DNA of 64,000 nt from a virus. Taxonomy: Duplodnaviria > Caudoviricetes. The DNA is taken from IMG/VR virus record IMGVR_UViG_2617270876_000003, positions 32,001-96,000 of that record; one strand, given 5' to 3'. Position numbers and translations under genes: made by a program. The notes beneath the pieces were generated by a model. The model did not search any database, was not told the DNA's origin, and saw only the letters and a program-made list of their open reading frames with translations. Shown here piece after piece: positions 33,944 through 45,629 of the stretch (the stretch's first letter is position 1; each line of letters starts with the position of its first letter).

Positions 33944-34691
33944 TTCAGCCCTCCTCCACGTAGAACATTAGTTAACTTTTTTATTCCTTCGTCAAAATAT
34001 TTTCTTGATTCTTTAAATTTAGTAAATGTAACTGGTTCATATCCTTGTGATCTTGCATGATTACAATAGTGACCATACTTTTTGAACATGTAACGGCGTT
34101 CATCTTCAATCATTTCTCGGTATGCGATCATCCTTTTAGTTCCTCCAATGCATCTTCAAGATTATCTGTCCAACCCCACGTTCCCCCTTGAAGCAATGTT
34201 TCTCCTGTATTTTCATCACTCAAATAAATTTCAGAATACTCTTCTCCTTCTTCATTTGTGTAATTTAACCACCAAATGTCTACATATTTTAAATCTTTGT
34301 TGTTTCTTAACTCTGCTTGAATTTCTTTTGGTAGTTCATCGATCAATACGAATGTCATCTATTCACCCACATTTGTTTTATTTTTACTTTATTTATGCTG
34401 CATAAACATTGCCATGAACGAAAATAGTATGATGCTCGCAAAAAATGCTACTGTGACACTAATCATTCCATCTACAAAGCCGATGCTAAAGAGAAACGAA
34501 AAAAGTGATGATAGCACAAGAAATATTAAACAGAAAACCATATCACCTTTATTGATCTTCTTCATTTCTTTCTCCCTTCTTGATAAAACGTGCCTTTCAT
34601 TAACAAGAGTGCTTTTTGTTTTATATTTATATTTACTCATTAATTCAATTTGTGCGTGTATAGAACTAATCCACACACGCACAAATTCTCT

Positions 34692-36236
34692 TTAAATATG
34701 TTGCATGATGGTTTCACTTACAAGGCTCAAAAAACTTTCGCTCTCAATTATTTCTCCTTCAATTCGAGCCCCCATAACATTAATTTCAATTAAAACCTTA
34801 TCCAAATCTTTTAGTTCAACAGCGAAAGGCTCTAATAAATTAGCTGGCTTTTGATACCACGATGACAACTTGTTCTTCATCATATACCATGATCCATAAA
34901 GCTCACCCTCACCTCTTACTAATATTAAATTAAATCCTCTACCATTCACAACTTCTATATAGCCCCAAGCAACGATAAGTCGATCTTTTAGTTTTGGTCG
35001 CCGTACCACTTTTCTCTTTGTCTCAAAAAAACGATCTTCCTCTATCTTTTCAAAATTCTTGTCATACAAAATTTCAAATTTTAGTGTTCCTCTTTCTCCA
35101 GAAGGAAATCTAATATCAATATTGATTCTGTCTTGTTCAAGGCTTCTTATATCTCCAAGATTAATTTGTCCTTTTGTGTATTTCGTATTAAACTCATCAA
35201 TAAATTCTCTAAGCGGAGAATATATTTCTTGTTGGAATTGGTAGTTAATTTCTTTAATGTATTCTAAATGTTCTTTTCGCTTTCTTTCTGCTTCGAGTTC
35301 GAGTGTTTTAAACGAGTCATCCTTACTCACTCTAATGTTCACCAAATTATCTATTAAACTAGAGTTAGAGGTGGGAGGTATATCATCAATTTGCATGGTT
35401 GCCTCTACTTCATTCCAGTTCTTATATCTTCGGGCCACATTTTTTTCCAACATAGTAGTAATCATCTGAATCATTCCATTTGGGATGGAGTCATTGATTT
35501 GTTTTATTGGCTTGATATTTTGATAGAAATGCGCTTGTTGCCAGCTATGCATATCATCGATTGCAACATCATATGGATGTTGCAATGTAGCCAATTCATA
35601 GAACACAATTCCCATAGAGTAAATATCATTCTGTATGGTATTTGTCTCTTGTCTCCACCTTTCTGGTGCAGTATATTTTATTGAACCATCTGCTTTAAAT
35701 GTAAGTTGTCGCGTACCTTCATTAGCGTTTTTAGAAATGCCAAAATCAGCTATTTTTAAAATTCCATCTTTAATAAGTATATTCTCTAGTTTTATATCTC
35801 TATGTACTAAATGCTCATCCTCATTTATTGCTTTCATACCGTTTATTAATTGTGAATAAAGACCCTTTAACTCTGCCACATCAAAAAACTCGCCTTTTTG
35901 TTTTTGCCTTGTAACTGCATCTAATAATGTACCTTGATTGGCAAACTCCATGATTAAATATGGTGGAAGTCCTTTGTAGGTCTCTCCATCGTGTACATAA
36001 AAATATTTTAAAACATTAGTGTGATTAACTCTAAGTGCTGCCTGACATTCATTAAAAAAGGCATCATATGAGTGGGCCGAAGGGAATCCTGTAGGAAGTG
36101 TTTTTAGTGCGGATATGGAATCATCGACCGTATTTCTTAAACGGTACACAAACCCAAATCCTCCTCTTCCTATCATTTCTAAAACCTCGTAGGCTGTCTG
36201 GGCATGGTCAAATGCAATTGTTCCAGGTGTTATCAT
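34692..36236 (-). CDS. Hanks-type Ser/Thr protein kinase with soluble C-terminal domain
   Basis: IGRGGFGFVY, ALK, HRDIKLENIL, DFG, YTAPE, DIYSMG. Confidence 0.93.
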   Translation of the reverse strand: MITPGTIAFDHAQTAYEVLEMIGRGGFGFVYRLRNTVDDSISALKTLPTGFPSAHSYDAFFNECQAALRVNHTNVLKYFYVHDGETYKGLPPYLIMEFANQGTLLDAVTRQKQKGEFFDVAELKGLYSQLINGMKAINEDEHLVHRDIKLENILIKDGILKIADFGISKNANEGTRQLTFKADGSIKYTAPERWRQETNTIQNDIYSMGIVFYELATLQHPYDVAIDDMHSWQQAHFYQNIKPIKQINDSIPNGMIQMITTMLEKNVARRYKNWNEVEATMQIDDIPPTSNSSLIDNLVNIRVSKDDSFKTLELEAERKRKEHLEYIKEINYQFQQEIYSPLREFIDEFNTKYTKGQINLGDIRSLEQDRINIDIRFPSGERGTLKFEILYDKNFEKIEEDRFFETKRKVVRRPKLKDRLIVAWGYIEVVNGRGFNLILVRGEGELYGSWYMMKNKLSSWYQKPANLLEPFAVELKDLDKVLIEINVMGARIEGEIIESESFLSLVSETIMQHI

Positions 36237-37448
36237 TAGAAATCCTCCTTTGTCGATTATGTTCTAATTATACAATATTTGAAAGCAATGCATCATCAAA
36301 GGATTTTGAATGAAATAGACCTTTCAACGTCTTTTTTCTCAGCACCATTCTTTTTGAGTGTTGCCACATTTACGACATTCAATATAAACTTCATTTTCAT
36401 ATTCTCCGGGATTACAAGAGAAATAAATATCTTCACTCCCACAATTATCACAAATAATTGCAAATCCTTTATTCACATCTTCATTCATTTATCTCTTCTC
36501 CTTTTCTTAATGAATGAACTCTTTTACTAATCTACAATATTATTGTTGACTATTAGTTAATATTGTTTAATCTTTGTGTTTTTCACTTGATCCTCCTCCT
36601 TAGGTAAAAACAGCAATTCATGTAATAACACCATTCTCTCACTACCATCTTCTTCAACAGCATAGAACCCTGGCTTATCTGAGTTTAATTCACATTCAAT
36701 TCCACACTTATCCGCGATACTTAGAACTTCTTCCAGAGTTTTATCAAACATTTGTATTTTCCTTTCTTTTGACTAAAAATTCATCTAAACTCTTTTCTGT
36801 ACTTAAAGTTAATCTTATATGTATATTCTCCTGTCGGGCTTGTAGCTAATGGTGTTCCATCTTTCCTCCAAAATCCTGACACCACACCAGTTTTGTCAAT
36901 TGTTATATCTTTTACATCACATTTCATTAAGTGACCTTTGATTATTGAAAACATAGAATCAATCAATGCCTCTTTTTGTTCTTCTGTGTATGCGAATTCT
37001 GATAACTGATATGGCTTATCTAGATATTCGGCAACTCCCGGTATTTCTCTTACTTCTCTCATAAAATTTTTAAAATCTTGTCCAAGTTTTTTATCTTTCA
37101 TCTCTCAATTCCTTTTCTTATTTTTTTTAAATTACTTCATTTATTTTTACTTAATAATATCAATCGAACTCAATGGAACTACATCCTCAATACCTTTAAT
37201 GTTGGTGCTCTCTGCCCATAAATAATCTACAACTGCGTTTTCTCGATAAAAGACTATTCCGGTTACAATATCGCCCGTATCAAAAGCCTTAAAACGCTCT
37301 CCGTTATTATCCCAATATACGTCTTCTTCAACTTTAAAATTAACCTCTTTCATATGTATCATCCTCCAAATAAAATAGGTGGTAAATAACTTCACTAAAG
37401 TCATTATACCACCTTGTAATTCTATTGTATATACTTATTTTTACTTTA

Positions 37449-37955
37449 TTAACTGAATCTAAGATGTTTTTTGTCCGTTATAAGTTCAACGCCATCAACA
37501 ATTTTTCCGGCCTTAGCATCAGCAAGCAGTGTTTTAGTATCTACTTTTGCTGGTTGCGGAATTTTATAAACTTCTGGGATCTTTTTCTCATCCAGCACAT
37601 TAATTGACGGAGGATTCTTTTGTAATCTCACCTTAAAGATGCCTGCATTAACTTTTTCAATGCCGTTTGCCTCAAGCAATGATTGCACATAAGCTTTAAT
37701 TCCGTCATATCTGCATTGCAATGTCTTGCGTTTCTTTGCAAGCCGCTCTTCTTCGTCTTTGTAGATTTTAATTTCTGATTCAATATTTTTCAATAACTTT
37801 GTTGTGTTCTCTACCTTTACCTCAATCATATCCTCAATTGACTCCAAACTGTCGAGCAATGTCTGAAGATTGTCATCATCGAGATCACCATCTAAAGCAT
37901 CCTCAATGTACTGATTGAGTAAAGTATATTTATCCATTAATTCGTATAATTTCAT
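37449..37955 (-). CDS. Siphovirus Gp157-family protein
   Basis: MKLYEL, coiled coil, EEERL, LQKNPPSI.V.DE..IP. Confidence 0.85.
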   Translation of the reverse strand: MKLYELMDKYTLLNQYIEDALDGDLDDDNLQTLLDSLESIEDMIEVKVENTTKLLKNIESEIKIYKDEEERLAKKRKTLQCRYDGIKAYVQSLLEANGIEKVNAGIFKVRLQKNPPSINVLDEKKIPEVYKIPQPAKVDTKTLLADAKAGKIVDGVELITDKKHLRFS

Positions 37956-38020
37956 TATTTTATTACTCCTTTATGTATATTTATTAATTAATTTTATGAT
38001 GAAACTTATGTTTTATCGGA

Positions 38021-38944
38021 TTATTTTTCTTTCTCTTTGTAATTAAAGTCATCAAGTATATTTTTTATATCTTGTGTTCGCTCATCTTTTCCATATCCAA
38101 GAGTGTAATTTTTGCTTGTTATTCCAAACTGAATAATTTTATGGTTCCCATTCGACCATTTTTCCTCTAGGACACTAAAAGAAGTGATTGTATTCTTCCC
38201 CTGTGAGAGATAAATTCGCTCATCTCTTTCTTTGTCTTTATTATAATTGTCTATGTATTCTTTAATCAGTCTTACTTCTTCCTCAAATTGAGGATTGTTG
38301 ATAAATCCAAATTTATTAGTGACTTTATGGTTATTTCCAAACATACTCGATTTTGCTCCGCATTTGGGGCATCCTGAAGGATAATAGCCATCACCCATCA
38401 TAGTAGGTTCCTTGGTCATCTCAGATTCTTGTATTTCAGTATTGCAACTATAACAAATCCTAATGTCATCTTTAAGATATTTTCCTAGTTTGTAATCATT
38501 CTTCATGATTTCAATTTTCAAATCATTATCAATAATATAATCAATTATTCTCTCTTTTACCTTCTTTTCTCTGCAACATTCAAGACACATATCACCATGA
38601 CCGGAAATGGTAATAAAACCCTCGTTGAACTTGATTCCGCTGTAGTAAATTGGTTTATCGAAATTCTTGTCGCCTTTGCTATGATACCGTCCTGATCGTG
38701 GATAACGCTTATAATCGGGTTTCTTGTCACAGTAACCACATGAACGGATGCTCTTATATGTCCATGTTAGTTTACCATTCTTTTCGGATTGCTTAATAAT
38801 CTCATTGATAATGGGTAGATCATCAAACCCATAGGATGATTCTTTTTTTGCTTCATCAATGATTTTTTGGGCAGACTCTGATACTTTGCCATCTAGCTGA
38901 AGTAATTCGTTGATTGTAAGTTCAATTTCAAACTTTTTAGAAAT
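38021..38944 (-). CDS. Zn-binding hypothetical protein; probable ATT start
   Basis: CGYC, CLEC, CYSC, CPKC; AGGAGGAG SD 5 nt before ATT TCT AAA. Confidence 0.6.
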   Translation of the reverse strand: MSKKFEIELTINELLQLDGKVSESAQKIIDEAKKESSYGFDDLPIINEIIKQSEKNGKLTWTYKSIRSCGYCDKKPDYKRYPRSGRYHSKGDKNFDKPIYYSGIKFNEGFITISGHGDMCLECCREKKVKERIIDYIIDNDLKIEIMKNDYKLGKYLKDDIRICYSCNTEIQESEMTKEPTMMGDGYYPSGCPKCGAKSSMFGNNHKVTNKFGFINNPQFEEEVRLIKEYIDNYNKDKERDERIYLSQGKNTITSFSVLEEKWSNGNHKIIQFGITSKNYTLGYGKDERTQDIKNILDDFNYKEKEK

Positions 38945-39494
38945 ACTAACTCCTCCTTTTTGGTGATGAAATTTAGATTTTGTTTGCTCTCTCATAAACC
39001 GCGCAATATCCAAGCACAAAAATCTTAAAATTAGTGTACAATTCTTCAATTGAATTTGCCGAATTCATAATTGACGGCGTTCCACAAAACATAGGGAACT
39101 GAAATTCTTTTGAATATCCATTCTCATCCATGAAAGTTGTAAATGCATTCAAAAGATCCATGAGATAGGCAGATTCTCCATTTTGATTTTTAAACATATA
39201 GTGAGTTTCAATTCCAAGCATGTAGAGCTTACTTTTTCTATCATATGTAATGTCAATATCATTCATTGTGTAGATACTTGCACTCTTACCCGTTAAATCG
39301 TCCCATGATTGAAGACCCCATACATGCTTCAGAGAACCAACATTAAATTCATTATCTTCGTAATCTGGATATAGTTTCTTACACTTTTTTACCTCAAAAT
39401 AATGTTGTATATTCCAAAACTTATCCTCAAAATACCATTTAATTCTGTTTATAAATTTCATTATTCATCTCCTTATGAAAGTTATATTTCATCA

Positions 39495-40424
39495 TTAATG
39501 TGATTTGTATTTATTGAAAGTAGTCTCATTAAAATTATAATTCACATTTCCAATTACAAATGTTGATTTTTTATAAATCCCTTTTCGATCTTTTTGTTTA
39601 TAAAAATCTCCCACTAACCTAAAATTCTCGTTCAAGTAACTCTCAATCAAGCCTACGGCTACAACTGAATAATAAACCGCAACTCCTACTTCCCCCGTAT
39701 ATATCTTTTCTCGTCTAACGTTGATGAACTCATCCTTATAGCCAATAGTGTTATTGTAAATTCTTAATTCTCTGGCAATCGCATCGACAAACATAAAGTG
39801 GGGCTTATTGCTAGTAGAGAACAGCTTGTATCTTCGTGCGATATTATCATTGGATACAAATCCTTCATTAACCTGTTCTTTGTTAAATTCTTCTTCTAAA
39901 CGCTCAACTTTATTGCCTATTTTAACTATTTTTTTATCTTGCTCTAAATTCTTCTTATCCTGTTCAACCATGAAGTTTACAGTTGCTTGTAAAATTTCCA
40001 ATTCTGTAGGGATTTTTATTGGCACAATATTACCAGATTCCCTCATGTCAAAATACTCATCTAATATTTGATCATATACAGACCATGAATGTTCGTCATC
40101 AAATATCTTTATTAACTTTGCATATCCTCTTTCAGATAATAGGTAGATATTTTTTGCTGCATTAATCGAATTAATTGTAAAAATCTCGCGGTCGACCAAA
40201 TCGACTGCGAAATCTAATCCTTTCACATCAATAACATCTACACCGTCAATAAATCTTTTTCTGTTACTATTGATTGCTTCATTTACGTGCTTCAGTTCTT
40301 TCTTGTGCATTTCAGCGATATGCTTCGCAAGCATTGCTCTTTTGTCTATCCCGAAACCACCCGATATATGTGGAATTGTTTTTCCACGAACAATCACATT
40401 ATTATTAATAGCTAAATTCTCCAA
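39495..40424 (-). CDS. ORF6N-domain antirepressor-like protein
   Basis: GGFG...MLAKHIAEMH, IYLLSERGYAKLIK, coiled coil. Confidence 0.8.
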   Translation of the reverse strand: MENLAINNNVIVRGKTIPHISGGFGIDKRAMLAKHIAEMHKKELKHVNEAINSNRKRFIDGVDVIDVKGLDFAVDLVDREIFTINSINAAKNIYLLSERGYAKLIKIFDDEHSWSVYDQILDEYFDMRESGNIVPIKIPTELEILQATVNFMVEQDKKNLEQDKKIVKIGNKVERLEEEFNKEQVNEGFVSNDNIARRYKLFSTSNKPHFMFVDAIARELRIYNNTIGYKDEFINVRREKIYTGEVGVAVYYSVVAVGLIESYLNENFRLVGDFYKQKDRKGIYKKSTFVIGNVNYNFNETTFNKYKSH

Positions 40425-40460
40425 ATATCTATCTCCTCATATTTTGATTAAATCACGATT

Positions 40461-41169
40461 TTATGACCCAAAATGCTCCAACTGGTTATTCTCCAGTATT
40501 TCAATCTCACGCTCACTAAACCCAACGTCATTGAGTCTCAGGAGCATCTTACTGACCTCTTTATTACTTACTGTCATTCCTTCTTTCAACAAATCGTGGG
40601 AGCCTTACAATGGTTCCTACGATGTCCCTGGCCCTGCCCTCGTTGTAATAGATCTTATTCCCTCTTACGAATTTCCAATCGCTCAAGCAAACAACTTTTC
40701 CATTCTTCCAATACGTCATATTGTGCTTGAAGTCAAATTGATTGATCACCTCTTCCGGCTTTCCAATCCATTGAGTAATGATCTGGTATCTCCCAAGTGA
40801 GATTGCATTTTGAGTAATAGTCATATTGATGTCTTTGTACAATCCACCGCTTCGTAAATCGCCTTTGTAGGTTGTTTGGTTCAAGAAATACTCCCTAAGT
40901 CGTTCACCCAAATAATCCGACTCTACAAAAAAATCATAATCCTTCGGTTCCTTACCATGATAAAGACTGTAAATGCAGCCACCAGAGATGTATGACTTAT
41001 CAAAGAATTCTTTTCGCAATCCTTCTGGTAGCAACTTAATTAGGTCATCTTTGACATATAGAAGCTCATTATTGATCTTATTAATCTTCTCATTATGTAT
41101 TTGTTCTGGTGTTTTATATGCATTCTTAAAGATTCCCATCTTCAATAACAATTGTTTAATTCGTTTCAT
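40461..41169 (-). pseudogene. second nucleotidyltransferase-like gene with a 1-nt frameshift near 40580
   Basis: YISGGCIYSL....PKDYDFF; removing one A restores FVERGMTVSNKEVSKMLLR...HFGS, ending at TAA 40461-63. Confidence 0.65.
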
Positions 41170-41618
41170 TCTATTCTCCCCTCAAAATTCTTGATCAAAT
41201 TCTCCATTTATCAAGTTTTTTGTTCATCTTCATCTTCAATGTCATCCTCAGTTTCGTTATAATATTCATCCAACGAATAATATCCCGTATTGCTTCCACT
41301 GTCTAGCAATCTTTTCTCATGGACGCATGACTTAATGAAGTCAAACAGACAATCATCACACACATTGATTACGAACTCACTTCCGTCCATCTTACTACCA
41401 TAGCCAGCACGATAATGGTTTGGAGAAAGCTCCCATACTTCGTTTTGTAGATACCATTCAGAATGATTATCGTCTAGTGAATACTTTGTTTCTTTGCCGC
41501 ATTTGTCACAAATATGAGTATGTAAAACCCCACATTCTTTTTCATGTTCGGTGCATTGGTATTCATTAGAGAATGTCTCGTTGCATTTTTCGCATTCATA
41601 TGTATTATTAATTTTCAT

Positions 41619-41903
41619 TCATTCGCTCTCTTTCTTGTTTTTATTCTTATGCATTTCCTTGAATCTCTCACTTGCTGCCTGTTTTTGCTCATCGCTCATA
41701 TTTCTTTCTTTGCCTGTTCTAAAGGACACTTGATTAAACTTTAGATCTTTATAATAATGACCTCCATCCGAATCAACTTTATAGGCTTCTGCACCTACTT
41801 TACGCAATTTTGTAATGATTGTTTGCTGTAGTGTGTACACAGACCACGTTTTGCAGTCATCGTCGGAGCGAATTATTGTTTCTCGTTCTTCTGCTGTTGC
41901 CAT
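41619..41903 (-). CDS. conserved small phage protein
   Basis: EERETII, W.VYT, MSDEQKQAASERF. Confidence 0.65.
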   Translation of the reverse strand: MATAEERETIIRSDDDCKTWSVYTLQQTIITKLRKVGAEAYKVDSDGGHYYKDLKFNQVSFRTGKERNMSDEQKQAASERFKEMHKNKNKKESE

Positions 41904-44126
41904 ATGTATTAATCATCCCTTCTGTTTAATGATGAAAGTTTCATTTTATTCGACTATTTCTAACTTTACTTTTTTGCTTCTGTTGGCAAATCCAGATATA
42001 TCAACACCATCAATAGTTATTTTTGTACTATATTCTTCTCGAACGATCTCCATTTTACCGATGATAGAGGTATTGACATATTGCTCAAAGTTTTTAACAA
42101 ATCCTTCAATATCGCCAAACTTATATTCTTCATGTTCTTCGTATTCATTAAGATTAAATCTGAAGTTAATAAGATGTTCCCCTTCACCTGAAGCTTCCCA
42201 CATTTGATGAACATTTAGCTCAATACCAAATCTCTCGTTGACCTCTTTAATAATTCTCTCGCTAAATTGGAAGAAGTCACCGTAGTGCCTAACTGCCTGT
42301 TCAATATCACTAAAACGGTGATAATAATAATTCCACTCTCCTTCGCCAATCTGAAAAGAGAAATCGCAAATATCTGAATCTAGTGAAACTAGGTAGCCAC
42401 CATCATCTAGATCTGTTTTAACTTTAATATCAACATATTCAGGAAGTGAGCTTCGAAATTTTTTATAAATGTTTTCTATACTTAAGCCATTTTCATCTTC
42501 TACTGAATCAACTTGTTTAACATATGTATTTTTTAAATATTCTATCAACTCGTCTTCACTCAAAAATTCCGTACCATCGATCTTAGAAATATATTTCTTC
42601 ATGCGTTTCCTCCATTTATTTTTAAGTGAAATGCTGATTTTATTTACTCTTCGACAAGCATTTTAATTTCCCATTTACGCCCATCTTTGTCGGTTATGGT
42701 TGCTACGGCAGTATTTTCAATCAAATGTGTGCCAGTCATCTGTGCCTTCTTGCCAAAGAACTTTGTAAGTTGATTATAAAAATAGATTGAATTATTTGCG
42801 TCCATACCAACACCATCCTTCCGGTTCATCTTCTCCTAATTTCCAATCATCATTTTCACATGCTTCACAACCAGGACATGGACAATAATCATCTACATCA
42901 ACCGCATATCCAATTTGACCAGTTCCATTACAGAGATTCATTGCCTGATTGGAACTCAAATCGACACCAATATAATAGCCTTTTCCTCTTATATTCATGT
43001 TAGATTGCTGAATCTGAATTTTACTACCATTCGCAAGCACGATTTCATCCACCAACTACACACCTTCTTTCCTGATAAATGATCCATTTTACTGGGACAA
43101 AATTTTGGCAATATGATGCAAAGACTCACTCAGACGCAAAGAACCATCGACTGTTTTCTTAACGATTTCAGTAGTAGCTAAAATCTGTTCCTCCAGCAAT
43201 TTATCTTTTACGGCTTGGATAAAGTTATTTCGACCTCCATTTAATTCAATATACTCTTGATAAGTTAGACTTCCCAAAACTTCCTTTTCAATTTCGCTTC
43301 TATTTTTAGACATTGCCTATCTCCTTTCTAAATGAAATATCAATTTTATCTGCTTAATAACTTTGCCGCTACTCCATGCAGATTGTTGACTTTTTGTATC
43401 TCCTTCTTCAAAATTCTTTTAAATTCATTTTGGTCACTCACATCTGAAATTCCTTTATAGGAGAAATATGAATAACCTCTTTCGAATTTCCCTTCAGCAG
43501 AGAATTCGACTATATATTTGTAATCATCTTTCCCCAATAGTACATTTGTGGTGACAACTACGTATTTTTTGTCTTTGTGAAAACAACTAATCTCAATTGA
43601 TTCTGGATAGTAAAGTTTATATCCGTAATCAATGTAAAACTGCATGTCTCCGATAATTTCTATGCTCTCTGTTTTAATTACTTTGGGATCAATCTTATTC
43701 TGATTATTCATTTTTATCTTTTCCTTTCCAGCCATTAATCCATCCAACCAGCCCCTTAGACGAATAAGAAATTTCACCACCAAACAAACCGCACCAGACC
43801 AACGAACCACCTACACAGGTTAAAATCCAGAAGTATGCCCAAGCAAAACCACCACTCATCTCAACTGTTACATTGGGATATAGAATGCTGAAGACTATAA
43901 ATGGAATTGCTAAGAAAAACAAAAACCAGTTGTTCTTAAAATAATTTTTCATTTTCAAATTTCTCCATTCCTTAAAATTGGCCTTAATTTGCCTTACGCA
44001 CCGAAAATTACTATAACCTTCCTATGTTGATCATACAATTAACTCCTTGTTTCACCATTGGTTGCAGTTTGTAGAAATCAAATCAAATATGTATGATTAA
44101 AATAACTTAATGAGGAGGTGTTAAAT

Positions 44127-44270
44127 ATGGTACAAACCATTTATCAAATGATCAATAAGAAAACAAACGCTCGTACTGAATGTACCAAAAAATACATTCA
44201 GAAATGGACCAAACTTGGTTTTGAAATCGAATCAACGCGCTTTGGAAAACTATTGGATGAGGAGGTGTAA
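44127..44270 (+). CDS. 47-aa protein on the opposite strand with its own promoter and terminator
   Basis: Not in ORF track. TTGTAG-17-TATGAT at 44069-97, GAGGAGGTG SD, MVQTIYQMINKK...WTKLGF...DEEV, hairpin AGGAG/CTCCT followed by T-run. Confidence 0.7.
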   Translation: MVQTIYQMINKKTNARTECTKKYIQKWTKLGFEIESTRFGKLLDEEV

Positions 44271-44834
44271 CCTCCTTTTCTGCGTGAAATCCTTATTTTA
44301 TGGTTCGATATATTTGCTTACTTCTTCATATGTATCAAACATGCATCCTGAATCTTGAACAATTTCTTCTCCTTCTTGATTCAGATACTCAAAGTCAACA
44401 TCCAAGATTGCATGTTGTTTCATTAATCTAACCAAAACTTCTCTTCGAATCTCATGACCTTCTTCAATTAGATTTCCCTTGTGATACAAGCCTTCCCAAT
44501 CATTTAAACCAACGACAATGAATTTGTTTTCCATTTTAACCACCTCTACATTGTTTTGTTGTACATATATTTCATTTCTTCTTCTAATGATTCATATCCA
44601 AATCTATGTTTTGTTTGTGGAAAGATAACCTTACTAAAGGCTAATCCACAATGCTGAATTGTAAGAATAATTTTATGATCAACGTCTTTACCGCCTGTTT
44701 CCTCTTTTTCATAAAGAAGACTAACCGTAAAGATTGGAGGTTCTTCATTGTCTTTATATTTTTCATTAACGATTTTGTCTACTTGTGTTTGAACACACTC
44801 AAAAATATCCACTATTCGCCTGTCTCCTTCTGTT

Positions 44835-45059
44835 TCATTTATACACCACTCTTAAATTGCCATCATACGGACTACACAATCCTTCATCTTCCATGCGCTG
44901 CATGATGTGCATACTGGCATACCAATTAAGACCGAATACTCTATTGATCCATCCGTATGTGATTGTGCCGTTTTGAATGGCTTTGTTTACGACTTGTTCA
45001 TAAATTAAATCGGACTTATCAATTGAGTTGTCCATGTATTCCTGGGTAAATTCTATCAT
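44835..45059 (-). CDS. stand-alone FtsK gamma-domain-like winged-helix protein
   Basis: IYEQVV...GTITYGWINRVFGLNWYASMHIMQRMEDEGLCSPYDG..R.V follows the FtsK gamma pattern. Confidence 0.65.
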   Translation of the reverse strand: MIEFTQEYMDNSIDKSDLIYEQVVNKAIQNGTITYGWINRVFGLNWYASMHIMQRMEDEGLCSPYDGNLRVVYK

Positions 45060-45422
45060 TGGCTATCTCCTATTGATATTGGATTTTATCAATTCGTTTT
45101 TGAAGTTTCTGCTTTGCTCTACGCTTCTTAGTGCGTTGCTGAATCTTTTGTAGGCGCTGAATTTCTGAACTTTTTTCAATTACCTCTACAAAGCGTTTGC
45201 CGTCTACTTCAATTGGTTTAACTTCAATGCTATTAGTTACTTCGACAATATCGTTTTGCTGAACCAAAGACTTTTCTTTCTTCTTAAACAGATTTCTAAG
45301 ACAAAATGCCATATTATTATTCTCCTTTTATTTTTATTTTCTTAATCAAATACGAATTATATAATTATTGAAAAAAATTAATTTACATGGTATAATCTTC
45401 TTCCAATCTTGGGGAAGAAAGG

Positions 45423-45629
45423 GTGTTGTGCGTGGCTACTCTTTATAAAACACACGAACGTGCATTATTGGATTGGGCAAGCGATAAGGTTTCCGATCCT
45501 GTAGAGATGGGTAAAATTGCTCCATTGATTGCTCAATCACTGAATCGAACCGAATGTGCAATTCGGAAGCAAATTGAAGAGCGTAAGAAAGCCAAAGGTC
45601 ACAGGGAATTCTTCTGGGCTAACACATAA
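45423..45629 (+). CDS. small Myb/HTH-like protein on the opposite strand
   Basis: TTGAAA-17-TATAAT with extended TG at 45368-96; IAQSLNRTECAIR resembles the RsfA helix LNRTQAAC. Confidence 0.6.
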   Translation: MLCVATLYKTHERALLDWASDKVSDPVEMGKIAPLIAQSLNRTECAIRKQIEERKKAKGHREFFWANT

